From IMG/VR virus record IMGVR_UViG_3300025096_000015, positions 1 through 63,714 of that record: a stretch of DNA of 63,714 nt; one strand, given 5' to 3'. Origin of the DNA: a virus. Taxonomy: Duplodnaviria; Caudoviricetes. This document shows positions 56,389 through 63,714 of this stretch, piece by piece. The notes under the pieces were generated by a model that saw only the letters and a program-made list of their open reading frames with translations, was not told the DNA's origin and did no database searches. Position numbers and translations under genes: made by a program. Every line of letters starts with the position of its first letter. Position 1 is the first letter of the stretch.

Positions 56389-57303
56389 ATGCATACCGTG
56401 AGTGATTTAAGCCGTCACATATATAAAGTCGATGAGCTGGTTGTTGGTAATAGTTTAGAAGCAGTAAGTTATGCATATTTGAATCAAAAACATATCATAT
56501 TGAATGATATAGAAAAACCTCACTTTTTTGATTTTTATGACACAGAAGACGAACTGGATAAATATCTTATTGACGATATAAAATATGAACTGGCGTCCAC
56601 TGATGGGCCAAAAATTGTTGGGATATCTAAACTCGAAGTTTGGGAGAAATTAGTTTTTTGTTTATCCCTTGCCGGGCTCCTCCCAGTGTCAGACAAAGTT
56701 TATTCAATGAGGATCGAGGACGACAACATCTTTAAAATTACAACTAACAATTCAAGAGTCTTGAGATTTAAGTTTAATAAATTGAGAATATTTGACAGTA
56801 AAAACATTAGTGGTTTGGAGAGTCCAAAAGAAGTTGATACTTTTAGAGTTGTTGACTGGATAGATGTTCGTTCTGGAATGAAGCACGAATATGACTATTT
56901 TGGAACTGAGGAAAATTTTGTGAAGGATGTCTATTTTTATCCATCGCCTAGAACCGGAGGTAAACAGAGAAAAGATCTCGTCGCCGTGTCTTACATGACA
57001 AGTAAACAATTAGAAGATTTTGAATATTCAGATACATACGTAAAATTTAAAGTTTTAGATTTGATGAAGAAGGCTGGCATCCGAGGCGCAAGAAATGGAA
57101 GAAGACCCGATGATCCAGAGAAGTATAGTTACTACTCGGTAAAAATTGAACCATCCCGCAGAGAGATTCAAAAAAACGAAAAACCAATGTACGAGGACAA
57201 AGGATCAATTGTGTTCGATTACAGGAAAGAAAGAGAAATCTATTCTCAGTCTGATGGTCGTGAAGGGTATTTAAATAGAGTAGGCGAAGTATTAAGTGCT
57301 TGA
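56389..57303 (+). CDS. Hypothetical protein with a degenerate Rossmann-like N-terminus
   Basis: DELVVGNSLEAVSYAY resembles D-x-x-V-V-G-x-G-x-x-G, with two glycines lost. Confidence 0.5.
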   Translation: MHTVSDLSRHIYKVDELVVGNSLEAVSYAYLNQKHIILNDIEKPHFFDFYDTEDELDKYLIDDIKYELASTDGPKIVGISKLEVWEKLVFCLSLAGLLPVSDKVYSMRIEDDNIFKITTNNSRVLRFKFNKLRIFDSKNISGLESPKEVDTFRVVDWIDVRSGMKHEYDYFGTEENFVKDVYFYPSPRTGGKQRKDLVAVSYMTSKQLEDFEYSDTYVKFKVLDLMKKAGIRGARNGRRPDDPEKYSYYSVKIEPSRREIQKNEKPMYEDKGSIVFDYRKEREIYSQSDGREGYLNRVGEVLSA

Positions 57304-58192
57304 AAGTGGAACAAACATACAACATGCCTTTCACCTGGCTGGTGTTATACCTGTTGCAGGGCAGCCATTAGATTTCAAGTTCCCTTGGCATGATTCCTGT
57401 GTGCCTATTGCTTCTAACTATCTAGCTGTCGAGAGAGCTGTTGTTGAATGTGCATACGCTGGATGTGAAACAATTTGGATTGTCTGTCATGATGATATGC
57501 AGCCCCTCATTCGTCATCGAATAGGCGAAATGATTGAGGACCCTGTGTGGCTCGGAAGAAATATGGATCCTAGACCATCAGAAACAAGAAAACAAATTCC
57601 AATTTATTACGTCCCGATCCACCCAAAAGACAGAGACAAAAGAGATTGTTTGGGTTGGAGTGTATTATACGGAGCATTGGTTGCTTACAGTATTAGTAAA
57701 AAAATAAGTACTTATGTTACACCTAATAGATATTACACAGCGTTTCCATATGGCGTATATCCTCCAGAAATATTGAGAGCATATAGAAAACAAATATCCA
57801 GCGAAAGGCAATTTGTTTTATCTTTTCTGAACACGACAATAAAAGATGGCGAGTACCTGGGATTTACGTTTGATGCAGAAGACTTTAAAAACTGTAGACG
57901 AGAGCTTAGAAAGGAAGGAACTGGTAGATATGCGCCAGGAGAAGGTATGACAGAGAAGATGCTCCCAGTTGAGGAGAGATGGTCAGCTAGAAACTTTCCC
58001 TTAGAGCAAGTGTTTGGCTCCTTATCCTTCAAAGGTGCCTTAGATGTGGAAGTTGACTGGTATTTTAAAATTGATAATTGGGAAGGTTATTGTGAATATA
58101 TGGGCTCAGAGATGAGAAAAGGCATGAAAAGACCGTCAAAAGCGATGTTTGACTACCGTGAATGGAACCCAATTGGCGAGGACAATTTATAA
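57296..58192 (+). CDS. Divergent sugar-phosphate nucleotidyltransferase-like protein
   Basis: GVIPVAG, VPIA, ERAVVECAYAGCETIWIV, and C-terminal YFKIDNWEGY. Lacks the GxGTR motif. Confidence 0.55.
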   Translation: MLESGTNIQHAFHLAGVIPVAGQPLDFKFPWHDSCVPIASNYLAVERAVVECAYAGCETIWIVCHDDMQPLIRHRIGEMIEDPVWLGRNMDPRPSETRKQIPIYYVPIHPKDRDKRDCLGWSVLYGALVAYSISKKISTYVTPNRYYTAFPYGVYPPEILRAYRKQISSERQFVLSFLNTTIKDGEYLGFTFDAEDFKNCRRELRKEGTGRYAPGEGMTEKMLPVEERWSARNFPLEQVFGSLSFKGALDVEVDWYFKIDNWEGYCEYMGSEMRKGMKRPSKAMFDYREWNPIGEDNL

Positions 58193-58211
58193 GCTTTTTT
58201 GAATTAACAGG

Positions 58212-58220
58212 ACTAATTAG
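58212..58220 (+). promoter_or_regulatory. Candidate late promoter motif ACTAATTAG
   Basis: Intergenic, 4 nt before ATG 58225, inside the replication block. Confidence 0.65.
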
Positions 58221-58224
58221 TAGT

Positions 58225-58581
58225 ATGAAATTAAACAAACAACAACTCAAACAAATCATCAAAGAAGAGCTTGGAGAGGTTTTAAACGAATGGGGACTCT
58301 CTCGAACTATACCAGCTGTTAACGGAGACCAGGCTTTGGGCGAGGTATTTGCGGAACACAAACTTGGCGCCAAAAGCTTAAATCACCCTTTGGCAAAAAT
58401 ATTTTTAAATGCAGACAAGAATCTTATAGAAAATTACGCCGGTTTGATCAGCCAAGTCGGAGGAGCACGAGTTGGCGAACAAAAGGAAGGCCCCGGATTT
58501 GGAGAAGGCGAACCAGCAAAAGACGAGCTTTCAAAGAAAAGAGAAGTTTACCTTGAAGAAGAAGACATCGAGGAAACCTAA
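58225..58581 (+). CDS. Protein with MKLNKQQLKQIIKEELGEVLNE leader (putative internal head protein)
   Basis: Leader matches 6189..6431. Has its own late motif. ATG 58225 preferred over 58162. Confidence 0.7.
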   Translation: MKLNKQQLKQIIKEELGEVLNEWGLSRTIPAVNGDQALGEVFAEHKLGAKSLNHPLAKIFLNADKNLIENYAGLISQVGGARVGEQKEGPGFGEGEPAKDELSKKREVYLEEEDIEET

Positions 58582-58597
58582 AAGAGAAAGATAAGAA

Positions 58598-58681
58598 ATG
58601 ATTAAAACAATAGAAGTTGTCTCAATATTAATAGGGGCGCTCGGCATTATTGCCAGCGCTTCTTTTTTGTTATTCATGTAA
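58598..58681 (+). CDS. 27-aa single-TM micropeptide
   Basis: MIKTIEVVSILIGALGIIASASFLLFM fills the gap before the next promoter. RBS is weak. Confidence 0.4.
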   Translation: MIKTIEVVSILIGALGIIASASFLLFM

Positions 58682-58692
58682 AAATAAAATGC

Positions 58693-58721
58693 TTGACACG
58701 AAGAGGTAGTTGTGTTATATT
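58693..58721 (+). promoter_or_regulatory. Sigma70-type promoter of the dnaE operon
   Basis: TTGACA-17nt-TATATT with TG extension. Confidence 0.75.
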
Positions 58722-58739
58722 ATCTGCAGAGGTAAAAAA

Positions 58740-59009
58740 ATGAAAACTATTGTTCACGTCAATCAACATATTATTCGCAAGAACACAAAAACTGGTGAGA
58801 GTAAGCCATGTTTAACTGTCAAGACGTATAAAGAAAACAGGTATGCTCACGAAGCTATAATTCGTGATGAGAATGGCAACGAAGTTGCAAAAATTGTGTA
58901 TAGTCCTCATAAACCATTATCTTGTGGTGCAAGATGCTGGATTGAAACTAAATATGATGTAGACACTGTGATACACGAGGATCCTACATCTTTAATGAGC
59001 ATGGAATAG
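58740..59009 (+). CDS. Hypothetical phage protein
   Basis: GAGG RBS before ATG 58740. IVHVNQH...KPLSCGARCWIET. Confidence 0.7.
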   Translation: MKTIVHVNQHIIRKNTKTGESKPCLTVKTYKENRYAHEAIIRDENGNEVAKIVYSPHKPLSCGARCWIETKYDVDTVIHEDPTSLMSME

Positions 59010-59021
59010 GAGATAAAATTA

Positions 59022-62000
59022 ATGGCTAAAATTCCATTTGTTGGATTACACGCCCACAGCGGCTTAAGTTTGAATGATGGTCTGGGATACCCGCAAGATC
59101 ACATGGATTTCGCTTATGAGAACGACGGAAACGCCCTTGCATTGACCGATCATGGTCACATGAACGGGTTGCCTTATCAAGTGCTTCATGCGCGCAAAAT
59201 GCAGGCTAGTGGGAAGAATTTCAAGCCAATCTTCGGCGTCGAAGCTTACTTCAATCCATCTTTAGGACAATGGAGAGAAGAATACGAAAAAGCAAAACAA
59301 GAAAAGAAAAAAGGAATCAAGAACGAAATTGAACTATCTATTGAAGATGAGAGGGCTTCAAAACAGAAAGTTGTAGATATACTCAAAAAGAGAAATCACC
59401 TCATTCTGATCGCGCAGAATCAAGCAGGTTTGAATAATATATTTAAACTTGTGTCGGAGAGCTATAAAGATGAAAACTTTTATCGTTACCCTAGAATTGA
59501 TTATAAGCTTCTTGATCTATATGGTGACGGAATTATTGCCTCTAGTGCTTGTCTTGGCGGTGTTTATGCTGGTGATTATTGGGATTTTCGCGACCTTGGT
59601 AGTGACGCTATTTTAAAAGCTATGCGCCAAACTACAGAGCGCATGAAAAACATATTTGGAGACAGATGGTATGGAGAACTCCAATGGAATAACATTCCAG
59701 AGCAGCATGAACTTAATCAATACATCATCCAGATCTGTCGTGAGTATGATGTAAAATTAATCTCTACAGCTGATAGTCACTATCCTAATCCTGACGCTTG
59801 GAAGGACAGGGAACTATATAAAAGGATCGGATGGTTGGGTAAAGGTGGCTTGCCAGACTATATGTCTTCTGAACTTCCTTCTGGCGTTGAGGAGGTTGGA
59901 TACGAGTTATATCCAAAGAATGGCGATCAGATGTGGGAATCATATCATAACTATTCTAAGTTGGTTGGTTTTGATTACGATGATGATCTTGTGTTGGACT
60001 CAATCAAAAGGACAGAATATATTGCTCACGACTTGATAGAAGATTTCATGCCCGATAATGAAGTTAGACTTCCAAGTTTCGTTGTTCCTGCTGGTAAAAC
60101 AGATATTCAGGCTTTGACACAAGATTGTCTCGAGGGTCTAAAAGAAAAAGATCTTAACAATAAAGATGAATATGTTGACAGGCTTAAAGAAGAACTCTTC
60201 GTTATTCGTGACCGAGGGTTTGCCAAGTACTTCTTAACAATGAAAGCTATTGCAGATAAAGCATCCTCAGTTCAGTTAACAGGGCCAGGCAGAGGCTCGG
60301 CAGCTGGCTCTCTTGTTGCTTACGTTTTAGATATCACACAGGTTGATCCAATTAGACACGGACTTCTGTTTTCAAGGTTTTTGCGTAAAGACGCAACGGA
60401 CTATCCTGATATTGATTATGACGTGAGTGACCCGATGGAAGTGAAGGAGATGTTGATCGAGGAATGGGGCGCTGACACAGTTGCGCCTATTTCAAATTAT
60501 AATACTCTTCAGCTGCGCTCTCTAATCAAAGACGTATCAAAGTTTTATGATGTTCCTTTTGTTGAGGTCAATAACGTAACTGGCAAAATGATCTTCGAAG
60601 CAACTCCGATTGCCAAGAAAGTTCATGGGATCAAATCAGGAGTGTACGCCCCAACTTTTGAAGAAGTAATGGAATACTCAGAGACTTTGAAGAAGTTTCT
60701 TAATAAGTATCCCCATATCAAGACTCACATTGAGGCTCTTCTAGGGCAGGTTAGGAGCGTCTCCAGGCATGCAGGCGGTGTTGTTGTAGGCGAGAACCTA
60801 GACAAGTGGATGCCGCTCGTTAATAGCGGTGGTGTGAGGCAGACTCCTTGGTCAGAGGGTCAGAACGTAAGACATCTTGAACCTCTCGGCTTCATTAAGT
60901 TTGATATTCTTGGACTGGCTTCTTTAAGAATGATCGAAGGATCAATCCGACATGTTCTTAAAAGGCATCACGGCATCGAGGAGCCAACATTCGAGGATGT
61001 GAAGAAATTCTATAATGAGAAGCTGCACCCTGATGTTATAAATTTTAATGACCAGAATGTCTATAAGAATGTTTTCCAGAAAGGTAAGTGGACAGGTATA
61101 TTCCAATTCACAGAACAGGGAGCACAGGAATTTTGTAAGAAGGCAAAGCCAAAAAACTTGATTGATATTTCTGCTATCACTTCAATCTATCGCCCAGGTC
61201 CACTCGGTGCAGATGTAGATAAGTCTTACGTAGATGCAAAGCGAGATCCTGGAAGCGTGAATTATGTTCACAAGCTTGTAAAGGATGTGACAAAAGAAAC
61301 TTATGGATTTCTTATCTTTCAGGAGCAAATCGCTTTGCTGGCTCACAAACTTGGCAAAAACATTTCCCTTGATGAAGGTAACGCTCTGCGAAAGTATTTG
61401 ACAAAGAAAGGAACTGGAGATGAATCAAAGAAGAAAGAGAAGATTTATAATAAATTCGTTGAAGGCTGTATAGAAAAGAAGTTATCAATGTCGCAGGCTG
61501 ATCAACTTTGGCAGACATTTGAATACTTTTCTGGCTATGGCTTCAACAAATCCCACGCAGTAAGTTATAGTATTCTTAGCTTTCAGTGCGCATGGTTACT
61601 GAATTATTATCCTGTAGAGTGGACTGCCGCTTTCCTCGACAAAGAACCCGAAAGCAGAAAAGAAAAAGCAATTAACATTGCTAAGTCAATGGGGTTTAAG
61701 ATTCAACCACTTAATATAAATTCTTCAGGGACAGTTTGGGAAATTACTGAAGATGGTAAGACTCTCATTCAGCCACTGACTTCCGTTAAAGGCTTAGGGG
61801 ATAAAGCTATTGAACAGATCACGCAGCATCGCCCGTTTAATACTATTGAAGAATTATTGTTTAATGAAGATATCATTTATAGTAAGTTAAACAAGAAAGC
61901 TTTGGACGTTCTTGTACGGAGTGGAGCGGTTGAAGGTCTGATAGATGACAGGTTTTCTGGAGTGAAACACTTTTGGTCCGCTGCTGTTGTTGATCGTCCA

Positions 62001-62429
62001 AAAAAGGAAAAACAATTACACGACAATATTGAACTTTACAGACCAGAAGGAGACTTCACAGTTGAAGAAAAGATTGCTAACAAAGCGAATTTGACTGGTG
62101 TTTTCCCAATTGATCTTGTACTAACTGAGCGTGTGAAAAGCAAACTCGAAGAATATTTTGTTCCACCGATTGCTGAATATGACCCAGAGCTTCAGGTTGT
62201 CTGGTTTATCCCGAGAGAAATCATAAGAAGAAAAACAAAAAACGGCAAAGAATATTGGATTGTCAATGTAATCGATTCAACAAGTAACCAAACTACAATT
62301 AGATGTTGGGGAGTTCGAGAAAAAGACATAATCCATGTTAATCGACCTTACATGTGTAAAATTGATTACAACGAACAATGGGGATTTTCTTCTAGATCTG
62401 TAAGGCATAATTGGAGGCTATTAGGATGA
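59022..62429 (+). CDS. dnaE: DNA polymerase III alpha subunit (family C)
   Basis: PHP motifs LHAHS, TDHG, ADSH. GRGSAAGS, PDIDYD, HAGG, KFDILGL, FQEQI, GFNKSH. Confidence 0.96.
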   Translation: MAKIPFVGLHAHSGLSLNDGLGYPQDHMDFAYENDGNALALTDHGHMNGLPYQVLHARKMQASGKNFKPIFGVEAYFNPSLGQWREEYEKAKQEKKKGIKNEIELSIEDERASKQKVVDILKKRNHLILIAQNQAGLNNIFKLVSESYKDENFYRYPRIDYKLLDLYGDGIIASSACLGGVYAGDYWDFRDLGSDAILKAMRQTTERMKNIFGDRWYGELQWNNIPEQHELNQYIIQICREYDVKLISTADSHYPNPDAWKDRELYKRIGWLGKGGLPDYMSSELPSGVEEVGYELYPKNGDQMWESYHNYSKLVGFDYDDDLVLDSIKRTEYIAHDLIEDFMPDNEVRLPSFVVPAGKTDIQALTQDCLEGLKEKDLNNKDEYVDRLKEELFVIRDRGFAKYFLTMKAIADKASSVQLTGPGRGSAAGSLVAYVLDITQVDPIRHGLLFSRFLRKDATDYPDIDYDVSDPMEVKEMLIEEWGADTVAPISNYNTLQLRSLIKDVSKFYDVPFVEVNNVTGKMIFEATPIAKKVHGIKSGVYAPTFEEVMEYSETLKKFLNKYPHIKTHIEALLGQVRSVSRHAGGVVVGENLDKWMPLVNSGGVRQTPWSEGQNVRHLEPLGFIKFDILGLASLRMIEGSIRHVLKRHHGIEEPTFEDVKKFYNEKLHPDVINFNDQNVYKNVFQKGKWTGIFQFTEQGAQEFCKKAKPKNLIDISAITSIYRPGPLGADVDKSYVDAKRDPGSVNYVHKLVKDVTKETYGFLIFQEQIALLAHKLGKNISLDEGNALRKYLTKKGTGDESKKKEKIYNKFVEGCIEKKLSMSQADQLWQTFEYFSGYGFNKSHAVSYSILSFQCAWLLNYYPVEWTAAFLDKEPESRKEKAINIAKSMGFKIQPLNINSSGTVWEITEDGKTLIQPLTSVKGLGDKAIEQITQHRPFNTIEELLFNEDIIYSKLNKKALDVLVRSGAVEGLIDDRFSGVKHFWSAAVVDRPKKEKQLHDNIELYRPEGDFTVEEKIANKANLTGVFPIDLVLTERVKSKLEEYFVPPIAEYDPELQVVWFIPREIIRRKTKNGKEYWIVNVIDSTSNQTTIRCWGVREKDIIHVNRPYMCKIDYNEQWGFSSRSVRHNWRLLG

Positions 62430-62878
62430 AAAAAATATGCAGTAAATGCAAAGTAAAACAACAAACAACTGAGTTTTACAAAAAAAGTGGTAGAGGAGGC
62501 GGTCTAACCTCCCAGTGTAGGACTTGTATCCTTGCAAATCTTGCTCGATACCACGCAAAAATAATAGAAAATGTGATTTATATGGTGGTTTGTCCAAAAG
62601 GTGAATTTTATATTGGTTCGACTAAGCAAGGCATACTTAGATTAAAAGAACATTTTAAAACCCGCGAATCTAACACGAAGGGCAAAACTCTGGCACAATT
62701 TCTTAAAAAAAATAATTATAAAAGAAAAGATATAGAATGGAAAGTTCTCGAAAAGTTCCCGCCAGGTCAAGAGAAGAAAATGAGAGCGAGAGAATGCGAA
62801 GTCATCAAAGAACATATCGACAATCCTCTGTGTATAAATAAAGAAAACACGTTGTATAGCGGGGAATGGGCAGATTGA
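62426..62878 (+). CDS. GIY-YIG endonuclease with N-terminal Zn finger
   Basis: CSKC...CRTC, then VIY..VCPKGEFYIGST, R..EH, RE, IN. ATGA overlap with dnaE. Confidence 0.8.
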   Translation: MKKICSKCKVKQQTTEFYKKSGRGGGLTSQCRTCILANLARYHAKIIENVIYMVVCPKGEFYIGSTKQGILRLKEHFKTRESNTKGKTLAQFLKKNNYKRKDIEWKVLEKFPPGQEKKMRARECEVIKEHIDNPLCINKENTLYSGEWAD

Positions 62879-63582
62879 AGACTTGGATTTTTGATGTAGA
62901 TGCAACACTGACTCCTCCTAGAGATAAAATAGACAATGACTTCGAGGAGTTCTTTTATAATTGGATATTAGATAACGACACTTACTTGTGTTCAGGAAGC
63001 GACATCGACAAACTAAAAGAACAGTTGACACCCAGAATTCTCAACAATGTCAAAGGTGTGTTTACATGCATGGCAAATGCCTATTATGAAGGTGGAGAGG
63101 AAATATATAGAAAAGACTTCGAACCACCAGTGGGTTTAGAAGAAGACTTAAAATACTTTTTGTTCTCTTCGCTCTATGAGAACAGAACAGGAAACCACAT
63201 TGAAAAGAGAATTGGCATATGGAATTTTTCTATTGTTGGCAGGAATGCGGATAAGGAAGAAAGAGAGCACTTTAAAAATTGGGACAAAGAACATGGCTCA
63301 AGAAAAACAATCTCTTCATATTTGAACAGCAGATACAGAGACACAGTTGAGACAAGCATTGGCGGTGATATCTCAATTGACATATGCAATTTAGAACGAG
63401 ACAAGAGACAAGTGGTCGAACATTTGTCTGATTTAGATTTTTCAAATATTGTTTTTATTGGTGATAGGATTTACCCTGGCGGCAATGACTATGCACTGGC
63501 AAAAGCTGTTGAAAAGCGAGGCGGAAAATCTATAAATGTAGATGGCTGGGAAGAAACGAGAAATATTTTATTAAAAACTTGA
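62866..63582 (+). CDS. HAD-IIB phosphomannomutase-like enzyme
   Basis: FDVDATLT, SGSD, NFSIVGRNA..EER, GGDISIDI, DK, FIGD..PGGNDY. Confidence 0.88.
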   Translation: MGRLKTWIFDVDATLTPPRDKIDNDFEEFFYNWILDNDTYLCSGSDIDKLKEQLTPRILNNVKGVFTCMANAYYEGGEEIYRKDFEPPVGLEEDLKYFLFSSLYENRTGNHIEKRIGIWNFSIVGRNADKEEREHFKNWDKEHGSRKTISSYLNSRYRDTVETSIGGDISIDICNLERDKRQVVEHLSDLDFSNIVFIGDRIYPGGNDYALAKAVEKRGGKSINVDGWEETRNILLKT

Positions 63583-63607
63583 CAAATAATAAATTTGATG
63601 TTATAAA
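63579..63607 (+). promoter_or_regulatory. Sigma70-type promoter
   Basis: TTGACA-17nt-TATAAA with TG extension. Confidence 0.55.
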
Positions 63608-63616
63608 GGAGGTATG

Positions 63617-63714
63617 ATGAATATTAAATTTTACAAAATCAGAAAGGATGCTAAAATGCCCGTAAGGGCACACTCGATAGATGCTGGTATGGACTTGTTT
63701 TATTGTCCAAGCCC
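63617..63714 (+). CDS. dut: dUTPase, 3'-truncated by the window end
   Basis: AGGAGG RBS. MNIKFYKIRKDAKMPVRAHSIDAGMDL contains dUTPase motif 1 (AGxDL). Confidence 0.8.
   Translation, partial: MNIKFYKIRKDAKMPVRAHSIDAGMDLFYCPS

Noticed and set aside
5972-62428. Longest-ORF starts given by the track (5972, 10851, 22346, 29512, 35145, 54468, 58162, 58710, 62411)
   Set aside because: Downstream ATGs have better RBS, stop-start overlap or promoter context and match the expected protein N-termini.
12885-62429. Inteins or introns in terminase, RecA, helicase, RNR or DnaE
   Set aside because: Lengths are ordinary, motifs are contiguous, and no intein splice-junction or LAGLIDADG blocks were seen.
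533-63404. Minus-strand ORFs in the track (e.g. 41560..42201, 36743..37240, 24819..25247, 15881..16201)
   Set aside because: All lie opposite well-supported + strand genes, show no recognisable motifs and mirror the sense codon bias.
44782-63582. Eukaryotic virus or cellular origin suggested by tubulin, PMM, bS21 and DnaE
   Set aside because: The complete myovirus head-tail module, SD sequences and sigma70 promoters indicate a bacteriophage.
1-63714. Stop-codon reassignment
   Set aside because: TAA, TAG and TGA all end genes at sensible boundaries, and conserved genes are full length in the standard code.

Overview
A 63.7-kb AT-rich fragment of a large tailed dsDNA phage (myovirus with a distantly T4-like gp17/20/21/22/23/13/14/15/18/19 head-tail module). 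Every credible gene is on the + strand. Gene order: baseplate/tail-type proteins, RuvC, primase, an SbcD-SbcC fusion, a membrane/lysis-like trio, terminase, portal, prohead protease, bS21, scaffold, major capsid, neck, sheath, tube, chaperone, tape measure, baseplate, then a replication block (minimal PolA, tubulin/FtsZ-like protein, SSB, FKBP, RecA, deaminase, 5' nuclease, tRNA-Ile(UAU), helicase, class II RNR, GroES, SLT, ParB-like, nucleotidyltransferase-like, DnaE, GIY-YIG, PMM, dUTPase). Sigma70-type promoters precede replication genes, and a separate ACTA(T/C/A)TTA motif precedes virion genes. Best candidates for undescribed biology: (1) a head-cargo addressing code (N-terminal LKxxIKEE tag, scaffold-like C-terminal WKxLAG tag, LxE sites) on scattered late-promoter cassettes, including a 1055-aa protein with a hydrophobic hairpin; (2) a (S/T)-(G/A)-(S/T) motif concentrated in virion proteins, alongside sugar-nucleotide-type enzymes; (3) a translationally coupled minimal PolA and divergent tubulin; (4) mutually complementary RNA elements flanking ssb. 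All calls come from reading motifs by eye; no database search was run.
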